DNA from: Callorhinchus milii
Taxonomy: Eukaryota
Assembly: GCF_018977255.1 (NCBI RefSeq)
Contig: NW_024704743.1
Location: 33,172,001-33,236,000, forward strand
Direction of reading: 5' to 3'
DNA: 64,000 bases
The position numbers were made by a program, and so were the translations under genes. How positions within the stretch are numbered: the stretch's first letter is position 1; each line of letters opens with the position of its first letter. The notes beneath the pieces are model-generated. The model was not told where the DNA came from and searched no databases. It worked only from the letters and a program-made list of their open reading frames with translations. Below, one piece after another: positions 1 to 11,380 of the stretch.

Positions 1-268
1 CCTCTGTTTACTTTGTAGTAAGTAGGAACCCAGTGGTTAGTCGATTGGTGGATCTCTTTTGCGGGGATGATAATACCCCCCAACAAATAATACGTTGGTC
101 ACTCAATCCACATCCCTGTGGGGGACACTGCTGTGTGCAATTGCCTCCCGCATCTTGCCCACAAAATATACAGTCAATTCACTTTATAGTATACTCTGTG
201 AAGTGCTTTCAGACGTCTAGAAGATGTGAAAAACGCTATATCAACTGCAAGGATTATTATTACTATTA
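1..268 (+). mobile_element. Deu SINE, long subfamily (head lies outside the window)
   Basis: gtttact..gtaagtaggaac...gtcgattggtggatc segment, then Deu core and (ATT)n tail. Confidence 0.82.
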
Positions 269-2328
269 TTTGGCAGAGAGGTGGGATGGGGAACAGTTGA
301 ACTAGATTTGGGTTTTTTTAGAATGGGGATTAGATACCAGAATGAGAAAAAGACAGGTACTTGAGGAGGAGATAGGAAAAAATATTACAGATTTTTAATG
401 TGTTGGTTAGCCACATGTCTGACATGTGGAAACCCATCACCATGCATAAGATACCCTAATTCAGGAAAGCATTAGGTGCATGTGTGCAGGACCTCAGAGT
501 GTGCGTTGGGCTACTGCTGGAGCTTAATCAGGCTAAGAAAAAAGGTCACTCAATCCTCAATTGTCTGTGGGACACTGCTGTGCGCAATTGGTTGCTGTGT
601 TTTGCCCACAAAATATACAGTCAATTCAGTATATTTACAGTATATCCTGTGAAGTGCTTTGAGATGTCTCAAAGACGTGATAAGGCGAGATGTCAAATGC
701 ATGAATTATTATTGTTATTATTACTAAAACACACAGGCAATCTTCATGCTGCTTGTCCAGCTTGGACCACCCCACATGTTGATGAGGAATTCTTAATACG
801 TGAGAAAGTTGGAGGGAATGTGCATGAAAATATAGAGGAAGATCCTGCAGCCTTGGCTAATATTAGGTTTTCTTTTAAAATAAAGTGGTGTTTAGTGCAG
901 GATTTAACTTTTTTTTAGGATTGGGTAATTTAAGACCTGAAGTGATGCGCCACCAAAGAAAAACCTGCTAGTGATATTCAGGTAAATTTAAAACCCATTT
1001 TCATTCCCTGCAGAATAAAAATATACCCATTGATCTTCTGTTAAAAAGCTATTGATATAAAGATAAACAAGATGATTTACATTCCAGTGTGCTGGTGGGT
1101 TAATGTTCAGGTTTGGATGTTCAGTTCTAGTTGATAAGTTTTGTTTTTCTTCTTGGTTTAGTTTGTCAAAAGGGCAGCTGAAACAGGTCCTAATCAGGGT
1201 TCAGACATTCTCCCCAACCCTGGGAATAGCAGGTGTTCTGGCCAACATTCCTCAAGATAAAATTAGTCATTCATTTCATGGCTATTTGTGGGACATTGCC
1301 ATGCATAAATTGCACAGTCAATTACCAGTCACTATGCTTTACAGTACATCCTGTGAAGCACTTTGAGACATTTGACCACGTGATAATGTTCTATATAATG
1401 TTCTATATTGAATGCAAAGATTATTATTATTCTTTGTGGGAGTGAAATAGTCATGAATGAAAGCATACAGAAAATATTCAGAATCCAGTGCATTCTGAGG
1501 TAGGGGCTTGCCACATTCAAGATTTCAAGGAACATTTAATGTTTTTTTCAAAAAACTTGCCCTAATTGTGTACAACAAATGATATAATCGAAATCTAGTT
1601 TACCTTCAGCCAGATATTGTCACATTTGTCTGTAGTCAGGACATACCTCTTCAAATGCCAAGCTGCTCCAGTGCTGTATATTATGGGGAAGATCCAAGTA
1701 CAGGTGTGGTTTTGTGATATTGTGATGTATGTCGATGTCAGTGAGGGCCAAGAAATTTTGAAGGTTTGCTTGCCTTATTTAGAAAATGATTTTCCTTTTT
1801 TCAGTGTACTGTCACTCCATAAGCGTTTCGCCTACAAAATATACATTAAATACACTTTACAATATATTCTATGAAGCACTTTGAGGTGTCTCAATGACGT
1901 CAAAAGGCGTTGTTTCAAATGCAAGGATTATTATTATTTTATTATAAGCAAATACAGTCAGGCAGATGCCCTTTAATTGGGCAACAGGGTATTTATTTGA
2001 AGCTACAAATTGGAAGACTTCAGTGTGGTTGAGTAGTCCTAAGAAACGCAGACATACGCACTATTGTATCAAGCTGGAAGCCTCACTGGATGTATTGTTG
2101 AGTGTGATCCAGCTGGAAGTGATGCTGGGAAGTACTGAATGTATGGAATTAACTTTGGTGTGCCTGTAAAATAAATCCAATTTACACTAGATCACAAGAG
2201 AGATTTGGATGAAGAAGGCCCATCTTATCTTTCCAGAGAACCCACCCTATTATTGCCCCATCAGAGAAACAAGCTGTTGTTTAAATGTTGTTTAAAAATG
2301 TTTTTAAATTCACTGCCCCTTCTCTTCC

Positions 2329-3258
2329 AGGACTTGGGTATAGGGAGTACAATTTCCAAGTTTCCAGATGATACTAAGCTAGAAAAAGTCGTAAAGAGTG
2401 AGGAGGATAGTAGCAGGCTGCAAGAGGACATAAACAGGCTGGTAAAATGGCAGATACATGGCAGATGAGGTTTAATGTGGAGAAATATGAAGTGATGCAT
2501 TTTAGGAGGAAGAATGAAGAAAGGCAATATAAGCTGATGGTATAATCTTAAAGGGGGTGAGAGATCAGAGAGACTTTGGGCTTCATATAAATAAATCTTT
2601 GAAGGTGGCAGGACAGGTAGATAAAGCTGCTCAAAAAGCATACAGGATACTAGGGTTTATAAATAGGGGCATAGATTACAAAAGTCAGGAAGTTATGATG
2701 AACCTTTATAAAACACTGGTTTGGCCTCAGCGGGAGTACTGTGTTCACTTTAGGAAGGATGTCAAGGCTTTGGAATGGGTGCAAAGGAGATTTACCAGGA
2801 TGGTATCAGGAATGAGGGATTTCAGTTATGAGGAGAGGCTAGGGAAGCTAGGATTATTCTCCTTTGAGCAGAGAAAGTTAAGAGGAGACTTAATAAAAGA
2901 TTTCAAAATTATCAGGCGATTTGATAGGGTGAACAAGGTGAAACTATTTCCACTGGCAGTTGGGTAGGTAACCCAAGGACACTGATTCAAAATAGTTGTT
3001 GAAAGAAACAGAGGGGAGGTGAGCAGAAATATTTTCACACAGCGAGTTATTCGGATCTGGAAGGCATTGCCTGAAAGGGTGGTGAAAGCCAATTCGATAA
3101 CAACTTTTAAGAGAGTAGATAATTATTTGGTGAGGACAAGTTTGCAGGGCTATGGGGAGAGAGCGAGGGAGTGGGATTGATTTGGATAGCTCTTTTCAAA
3201 GAGCCGGCACAGACATGATGGGCCAAATGGCCTCCTTCTGTACTGTATGATTCTATGA
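2329..3258 (+). mobile_element. CR1 LINE, 5'-truncated (RT C-terminal part plus 3' UTR)
   Basis: ISKFPDDTKL, YKTLVWPQREYC, RRFTRM..., LGLFSFEQRKLRGDLI; (ATTCTATG) tail. Confidence 0.93.
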
Positions 3259-3447
3259 TGGGTATTTGTGAGACATTTATGTATGCAAATTGACTGTTCA
3301 GTTCACCTAAACATGCAGTCATGTTTTACAGTAATTGACTGTGAAGCAGTTAAGCCTGTATAGGTGCTATATGAAATGCAATAAAGATTATTATTATTAT
3401 TATCCTGTGACAGCTCCTTCTTGCTGAAAAACAAATGTGAGCTTTTA

Positions 3448-3570
3448 CAACTTTTAAGAGAGGAGTAGATAATTATTTGAAGAGGACAAGTTTGCAGGAC
3501 TACGGGGAGAGTGAGAGGGAGTGGAATTGAATTGGGTAGCTCTTTTCAATGAGTTGGCACAGACGCATTG
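3448..3570 (+). mobile_element. CR1 3' UTR fragment, repeating about 3101-3220
   Basis: caacttttaagagaggagtagataattatt...gctcttttcaatgagttggcacagac matches the upstream CR1 3' region. Confidence 0.8.
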
Positions 3571-4454
3571 GGAAAAAAAATGTCTACCCATTTGGCCTTT
3601 TCTTTGGCACATAAAGATGTCTCAACAACGTGATAAGGTGCTATATCAAATGCAAGGATTATTGTTATTGAAAATCATGTGGGAGAAATTATTATCCAGA
3701 TGTTGGGAGTGGTTCATTCCCAAACTCGCCTTTGAGGATATACTTTGAGAATGTTTTAATCACATCTTCTGTCCAGGCAATAAAGCTTGCCCTACTTATC
3801 ATTGACGTTATTTAAGGAATGGTAATATGGTTAGTAATGTCACATTTTCTCTCTTCTCTAAATATGATAGACTCTATCTCTTTTCACAGCTTAACTTTTC
3901 ATTAAACCACTTCTAGTTCCTGTCACCAAAATTGCTGAAGGATGCATTTTATTAACTATATTATATGTAAACATCTGCTGAATGTGTTTACCCTTGAGTT
4001 GGATCAATAAATCTTAGCAAGCTCTTGTTTAACAGATTGTACAAACACTTCTGTGTTCCATTTGATGATGGGAATGAACTTGCTTTGTATGATTACATTT
4101 GCTCTTACAAAGCTCTCAACATTAGATGGGATAAGAGGATAAGATAGGACACCCTCCCCTGTGTGCCCCTGCCCACCACCGCATCTAACTTCCAGGCTCA
4201 GTGCAGGACTTGACTCCCTTCTCTTTTCAAGTAATGCCATTAGATCTGTAACATCCAGCTGAACAGGCAGACAGAACCTTGGTTTAACATCTCATCTGAA
4301 GGATGGCACCTTCAATAATGCAGCAACTTACACTATTTAAAATTTTGACATGTGGCGAGCAATCCACGCGCTTTCAGTTCGTACTGTAGCCAATTTATAT
4401 TTTGTGTGATATTCCGTACCATTTATTTACCTGCAATAGGGTCAATATGGTGGG

Positions 4455-5108
4455 TATATATACACACACCCATATATATATACACATAAATATACATACA
4501 CACACACACACATATATATACACACATACATATATACACTGACACATATATACACACACGCATATACACACACGTATACATACCCACGCATATATACATA
4601 CACAGAGACACCCCCCCCCACACACACATATATATATATCCACGTACATATATATACACACACACATATATATACCCACGCACACACATATATATACATA
4701 CACACATATATATACACACACATATATATATATATAAACATACATATAATATACACACGCACACACACATATATGCACACACATATATACATATATACAC
4801 ACACACATATATATGTACCCACGCATATATACACACACATATATACATATATACACACATACATATATATACCCACGCATATATATATATATACACACGC
4901 ACATATATATACACACGGACATATATATACACATACACATATATACACACACACATATACACACATATATACACACACATATATACACACACACATATAT
5001 ATACACACACATATAAACACACACATATATATATACCACACACACATATATATACGCACACACATTTATATACCCACGCATATATATATATATATATACA
5101 CACACATA
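4455..5108. repeat. Compound (CA)/(TA) microsatellite
   Basis: Visible directly; explains ORFs 4395-5105, 4423-5373, 4442-5065 and 4773-5126. Confidence 0.97.
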
Positions 5109-5287
5109 TGGTGTTATATGGTATGAAGGTGTGTGCAGATGGTGCTGATGCGGAGGTTGTGTATGGTGGTGTTGGTGTGGTGATGGTGTATGGTGTGGTG
5201 GTGTGTATGGTGGTGTTGGTGTGGTGATGGTGGATGGTGTGGTGGTGTATGGTGGTGTGTATGGTGATGGTGTGTGGTGGGGTGTGT
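5109..5287. repeat. GGT/GTG-rich low-complexity tract
   Basis: gtatggtggtgttggtgtgg repeats; the reverse complement resembles the CAC-rich tract at 11448-11545. Confidence 0.9.
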
Positions 5288-5632
5288 AACAGACGTGACA
5301 CGTCTTCCACAGAACCTTTGTCTGCAGTTAACCTGGTGGCTGTGTGGCTACAGGCCTCTTGCTGCTGTACCAAGCAGAAAGCGAAGTTTTGTTATTAATG
5401 CAATTAAGTACCAGTATCAATCACTCCACTCTCTCCCCATACCAGAAGATTGGAATTGTTAACTATCCCTGCGCTTTCAGACAGCCAATGTTACAGACTC
5501 ATCCGGAAATAACTGCACAGCTACTGAGATACTTCCTTATATAACAAAGTGGCTGAACATAAAAGGCAAACAAAAAAAATTACTTTATCCAAAACAAATC
5601 ATTGGGCTTGCTGACGGCTTTCAGGTCATTAT

Positions 5633-6211
5633 TTTGGTCAGCTGGGTGTCTGACACATCCTGAAACCCATCACCATGCTTAAGAATATCCAAATGTTCCA
5701 TGCATCCCACAAACATGTGGAAATTCCTCAGTATTGGAATGGAATTTACACTCTCTCCTGGGAGGGATATTAATTCTAGAGTGTATTAGGCGCAGGTTGG
5801 CAAGAGCCAAGGCTTGGGGATCTTAGGAGTCCTGCTGGAGTCTAACCAGCAAAAAACGCATAGTTTATCATTGAATGCATTCTCCGGCAAAAAAAATTCC
5901 ACTGCTTGTCCAGCTAGGACCACCCAACACATTAGGCCTTTAGGTTGCAGGGTTCAGTGAGAAGAATCCCTGTCTCCACTGACTGATTTACCTTTCAAAG
6001 TCCTGCTGATGAGCCAGGCTGGCTGTGCTGTCATCAGCAATGCCCTGGAGTACTACGGACCTGCCTGGCTCAACAACCGGACTACAGAGACTGCAACAGA
6101 GGGTTGACTCGATTCCCCCATTCCGTTGCCAAGCATGTCACATTGGAAGCAATTCAGTTCCAAGGAGACCCTGCTTGCCTCTGCGCCCCCATTCCCAGGA
6201 GGATAGTCACT
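5633..6211 (+). repeat. Unclassified ~600-bp repeat copy
   Basis: Collinear with 19335-19921. Confidence 0.8.
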
Positions 6212-6624
6212 AACAGATGTAACAGATCATGCTGATGTAAGGTGGGAAAGGATTTTTCCCATTCCCATTGAATTTCTCCTCTCTCTTCTGGACTAAAAAT
6301 GTCTTTACAAAATTGCAATCTTGTTTTAGCTTTTGATATACCTCATAGGCCCAGAATTCCATCTAGGCTTCTGCTGTAAGACTATTTAATCTCAAAATTT
6401 ATGATTTTACAGAATTGTGGAAAATTGTTAATACATTCAGTCCTAAATTGAAAGCTGATTCTTTTAAAGAAAGTTAAATTAAATAATCTTAATTGCTTCT
6501 CCACTAATATAAATAGCATACTCCATCTTTTCAAACAAATCTATGCAGCCTTGGTAAATATGCAATAATTCAATTTCCAAAAAACATTTCTGCAGAACAT
6601 TATATTTTTAAAGTACATTTCACA

Positions 6625-6900
6625 GTTTATATAGCATCTTTCACGTTGGGAGAACGTCCCAAGGTGCTTGACAATTGTGGCTGAGCACTAGAGCTGAGGG
6701 TGGATGCTGATGGGGTGAGGATGGGAAAGGTGGTCAAAGAGGTATGTTTTGAGGTGTATCTTGAAAGAGGGGAGGGGGCAAATCTGAGAAACCTGGCAAT
6801 GGAGTTCCAGAGAGGAAGCACCAGGTGGCTGAAAGCCAACCCACCAATAATCGGGCAGATAGAGCGCAGGTCATGGAGACCAGTGTAGGGCGATAGCCTG
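6625..6900 (-). mobile_element. L2 LINE 3' end
   Basis: Reverse complement of the L2 3' consensus seen at 38852-39285. Confidence 0.75.
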
Positions 6901-7221
6901 GTGGGAGTTAAATGCAATACAAAATGACAATTGTATAGCGCCTTTCACGTCGGAAGGCCGTGCCGAGGATTTCATTTAAATGCAAGAACTGGGACTCGAA
7001 TCTCGACTTTTGTGGCTCAGCTACCTGGGATTCTTATAATTTCTGAATACACTGAACAGCAATAGTTACCTCCAGCATACTGGACACCAGTTATTGACAC
7101 ATAGCTTAACATTACGAGTGCAGAAAAGTTAGTTGTTTCTAGAGACACCTAGAAGACGTGAAAAATGCTACATTAAATGCAAAGATTATTTTTTTGTTGT
7201 TATTATTCTTCCTTCTCAGCT

Positions 7222-7497
7222 TCTGTTAACCCTCCAAGTCAAAGCCCTAACAGGTAGAGTAGTGCAAGCTGGACAAGTGGCGGGAAAGCTGCCAGGCAGT
7301 GCTCTCAATGGCAAGCTATGTGGTTTGGACTGGTCAGACTTCAGCAGTGTCCTGACGCGCACACTGGCATCCCTAGCCTTGGCCCTTGCCAACCTGTGCC
7401 TTTCCAGTACTATTTAAGCAGGATGCTTAACTCTGGGGATTCAGTGTGCATTCCATTCCAGACACGGAAATTTCCATGTGTAGGTGGCACACAGGCA
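7222..7497 (-). repeat. Unclassified repeat, partial copy abutting the donor of the first coding exon
   Basis: Reverse complement contains GGTTGGCAAGGGCCAAGGCTAGGGATG and GGGCTTTGACTTGGAGGGTTAAC. Confidence 0.75.
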
Positions 7498-7503
7498 ACT
7501 CAC

Positions 7504-7948
7504 CTATGCAAAAAGCTGCTAACAATCGCACGGCAGAGTAAGGTGGTTCACAAGTCGGGTAGAACGGCTGGATCAAGTAATTGGCGAACGTGATAGCAAT
7601 GACAGCTTGACAGGCTGGCTCAACAATCAGCAGCGACGTCCAGAGACGCAAGAATGCCAAAAAACCCCCAAAGGATTCCAGGATGTAGGCATAGCTCGCC
7701 CCAGATTTTTTGATGGTTGTTCCAAGTTCTGCGTAACATAGTGCTCCAAACACAGAAAATATTCCTCCCAATGCCCAAATAACCAAAGACAGGCCAAAGG
7801 AGCCACTGTACAACAGAACTCCTTTGGGAGACACAAAAATGCCCGATCCGATCATATTTCCAACAATCAGACAAATTCCATGCAGCAAGGAGATGTCTTT
7901 CTTCAGTCTCACGGAATCAGTGGAGCGCCTATCAGTCATATCCTCCAT
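7504..7948 (-). CDS. SLC7A6/SLC7A7-like: y+L amino acid transporter (SLC7 LAT light chain), first coding exon (ATG to TM3/EL2); opposite strand to the rest of the gene
   Basis: Translation [44 protein letters not shown]...[20 protein letters not shown] has the TM1 GSG motif and the Cys that bonds to 4F2hc. ATG at 7948 is in a GAAATGG context with an in-frame upstream TGA. Acceptor TTTCTTTGTAG precedes 8024; donor G|GTGAGT follows 7504 (phase 1). Confidence 0.96.
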
Positions 7949-8302
7949 TTCGTTGCAATGGGGCAGCCGACTCAATCCTGCAACAATCAAATCGTGCTGG
8001 AACCTAAGGCCTCCCTTTCAGAATCTACAAAGAAATTGGTTAAAAAGGCAAGTGTCAGAAGAAAATAAACGCACACATTAAGATAACATGAAGTTAACAT
8101 ACAGTAAAAATAGGAAACTGCTAAATAGGGTTTCTGACACCTAAAGCTCCAGCTCAACCATTAGCTCAAAAATACTACACAGTTCTGTTTGGGCTGGGTC
8201 GGCCTGTCATATGCAGAAATGCTTACTAATTTCAGTTTGTTATTTTAATGGTGTTGATTTTAAATAACGTAACAAATTTATTAAACCAATAGTGCTTTTC
8301 TT

Positions 8303-8700
8303 TTGGGTCGGCCGGATGTCTGACACCTGCCAAAACACACTTACGAATATCCAAACCAGGCAAAGTGCCACATATACACGCCATCTATACATGGAAACTT
8401 CCTACTGGTCTGGAACGGAGTGTGTACTGTCTGGCAACCTTCCTCAAATTTGTCCAGGTAGGACCACCCCACCCATTAGGGCTTTGGGTTGCAGGGTTAA
8501 TGGGAACATCCCCTGCCCCCAGTGACAGGGCTGCCCCTCCAAGTCCTGCTGATGAGCCAGGCTGGCTGGTCTGTCATCAGCAGTGCCTTGGGACTACTGT
8601 GGAACCACCAGGCTCAGGAACTGGACTACCAAAATCACCACAGAAGATTGACTCAATTCCAGTATACGATTCTCAAGCGTGTCACCTTGAAACCAAGTTA
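8303..8700 (+). repeat. Unclassified repeat, internally deleted copy
   Basis: GGGCTTTGGGTTGCAGGGTTAA and GATGAGCCAGGCTGGCTG. Confidence 0.75.
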
Positions 8701-8967
8701 ATGTGTTTGATACTGCAGCAAAAAGGGTTTGCCAATTCTAAAATGTTCCATATGTAATGAAGCAATTTATTTCAGACTTTTCATATTGTTTAATAATGTA
8801 CATTTTTTGTACATCTAAATGTGCAAACACCAGATGTACATAAGATTCTAGATAAAGTAAACCCAGAATAATATTTTCAGACACACCGAGGCTCCAGGAC
8901 AAGAATGCATCCCTCCAAAACACTCACCTCACTGTTCACCCTCCCCCGTCAAAAAACAGCATCAAGC

Positions 8968-9370
8968 CAGGCTCCACTGGCTCCCCATCACCGAACGGAT
9001 CAACTTCAAGATCCTCACACTTGTGTTCAAATCCATTCACTCCCTGGCACCTCCCTACCTCTATGAGCTCCTCACTCCCCATTCCACCTCCCAGCACCTC
9101 GCACCGGCCTCCTACTCGTCCCTCGCATCCTTCGCCCCAGCATCGGAGGTCGCGCTTTCAGTCACTACGCCCCCAAATTCTGGAACGCTCTCTCTCAATC
9201 CCTGTCCCCCCTCTCCCCTCTTTCAAGTCCGCCCCGAAAACTTTCCTCTTAGATCGTGCTTACGACCACTTCCCCCCTCCCCCCAGCTCGGAGTCAGGCT
9301 CCACCACTGTTAAGCGCTCTGAGACGCTACCCTGCGCGGAGGACGCTATATGAATGCAAGTTGTTGTTGA
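8968..9370 (+). mobile_element. L2 LINE 3' end
   Basis: LHWLP/RINFKIL coding remnant; GCGCTCTGAG...GCTATATGAATGCAAG then (TTG)n tail. Confidence 0.85.
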
Positions 9371-10389
9371 TGAAGCTGCCCTTTATAACTCTAAAACTGT
9401 GTCATTTTGTTCTACTGTCTTGTTGGCATCCTAAAGTGTTGCTCTGGGTTTACTTTTTTAATCCCATTTAAAATTTTAGACATCTCGACAAGGCCCCTCT
9501 GGGTCATCTTCTCTCAAGACAGAAGAGCCCGAGAGATTAATTTAATCTGTGGGATTCAAACCAAGACACTTTGAATTGTGCCTGTAATTGTGTCTAAGAT
9601 TCTAATGTTGCCTTTGAATTCACCTGATGGCTGTTTATGAGACATTCCTTGATTGCTGCATTAATCTATACACTCGGCACAGTAACAGTAAAATCCTGTG
9701 AAGCATTTTGAGATGTTTTGACGTGATACAGTACTGTACCAAATGCAAGGATTATTAATTTGGCAGGCTCACTTCAAGGGCCCCTAAGAATGGCTGATGT
9801 AGGAAATGAAAATGCACGCAGATACAGCAGCAGTACACGTTCTGAGGTGGGGTTTAGGGTACCTATTTGCGGTAGAGCACAGGCTAGAAGCGTTTGCATG
9901 CCTCAGCACTGTATTGTCTCGCTTTAATGTGCAACTGGCTGCCGCGTTTCACCCACAAAATGAACATTCACACCACCTTACAGTACATCCTGTGAAGCAC
10001 TTTGATAAGGCGCTATATCAAATGCAAGTATTATTATTATATTATACATGGTTGTTTGTGGTACACTGCTGTGCATAAAGTGGCTATTGCTTTCATGTAC
10101 AAAGTACAGTCACCACAATTTACAGTAAATTTTGGGAAAGTGCTTTCAGGCGTCCTTCTGACATGAAAGGTGCCAAATAAAATCATTTCATCATCACTAT
10201 ATGACAGTAGCTAGGAAATAACCAATTCCAATATGGAGAAAAGGAAAGCAGATACCCATGTATTTCTCCAAGTTATATATTCCAAATATAAGCATATTGC
10301 ATGGATCGAATGATAGATCACATCGAGACCATGACTACACTGGCAATTAATTTTCATGCTACTAACTATCACGCACCCTACAGGGTGAA

Positions 10390-10695
10390 TAGATATCATG
10401 CAGATGCTAGCCCAGTATCCTGCTTGTCTTGTTTTTCTGCTGCCTCCCATTGTTTTGATATGGTGAGTGTTGAGTCAACTAAGACCCTTAGATCTGTTCT
10501 AGCTTCCCCTTTGACAAGTTCTATTCTATCCATGAAGTACATGCATTTGCTATTCTTGCTTCTTATACGCAGCATCGGTTTATTAAACTTCCATTTGTCA
10601 GCTACCAGTCCATCTGCATACCCTACCAAGCTCTTTTCCGAGAAATTTGACGCTTCCCCTGATTTCACAATTCCTCCAACTCACTTGCAATTTTA
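10390..10695 (-). mobile_element. Degenerate CR1 LINE fragment
   Basis: ADKWKFN, DLRVLVDSTLTISKQW resemble CR1 ORF2. Confidence 0.6.
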
Positions 10696-10699
10696 AGTA

Positions 10700-11223
10700 C
10701 CCTCCATTGGGGTACTCCATCCTTGGCCCTCTTCTTTTCCTTATCTATATGCTCCCTCTGGGTAAATTTCCACATGTTTGCAGATGACACACAAATCTAC
10801 TTTGTCTCCTCCAGTACCAACTCCAAGTCCGCCGATGTTCTATCAGCTTGTCTGGCAGACATCAAAGCCTGGATGAGGGTAAACTTCCTGCAGCTGAATA
10901 TCAACAAGGCGGAAGCCATACTCCTTTGCTCCCGTCAACGTCTTCACTCCTGCAGATCTAAACTCCTCAACCTCCCTGGGCTCTCCCTCACACTCACCAA
11001 ACCAGTGCACAATCTAAGTGTCTGGTTCAACCCCTAGCTGTCCTTCCTCCCCCACATCTGGTCCCTGACCAGGACCGCCTTCTTCCACCTCTGCCCCATT
11101 GCCCGCCTTCGACCGCACCTTACCCCAAATGCAGGCGAAACCCTTGTGCATGCATTTGTCACCTCCCACTTAGATTACTCCAACGCACTCCTCGCCGGTC
11201 TCACCAGCTCCAGCATTCACAAG
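10700..11223 (+). mobile_element. L2-clade LINE ORF2 (RT) fragment, cut by the gap
   Basis: FHMFADDTQIY, WMRVNFLQLN, HAFVTSHLDYSN. Confidence 0.9.
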
Positions 11224-11248
11224 NNNNNNNNNNNNNNNNNNNNNNNNN
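11224..11248. other. Assembly gap (25 N)
   Basis: Run of 25 n; an L2 ORF2 fragment stops abruptly on the left and C-rich low-complexity sequence starts on the right. Confidence 1.
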
Positions 11249-11380
11249 CCCCAGCCCGGCCCCCGGCCCCCCAGCCCGAGCCCCCCCCCGGCCCCCCCCG
11301 GCCCCCCAGCCCGAGCCCCCCCCCGGCCCCCCAGCCCCGGCCCCCCAGCCCCGGCCCCGGCCACGCGGCAGCGCAGCGCC
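11249..11380. repeat. GC-rich low-complexity tract (CCCCAG/CCCCGG units), G-quadruplex-prone on the minus strand
   Basis: Repeated cccagccc and ccggcccc units; by eye the most CpG-dense stretch of the window. Confidence 0.8.

Noticed and set aside
4395..5373. Long ORFs of 207-316 aa rich in V/C/Y/I
   Set aside because: Translations of a CA/TA microsatellite.
7427..7990. 187-aa ORF as a standalone single-exon gene or processed pseudogene
   Set aside because: Homology stops exactly at a GTGAGT donor and an acceptor lies upstream; the TTG start and the C-terminal 25 codons are UTR and intron.
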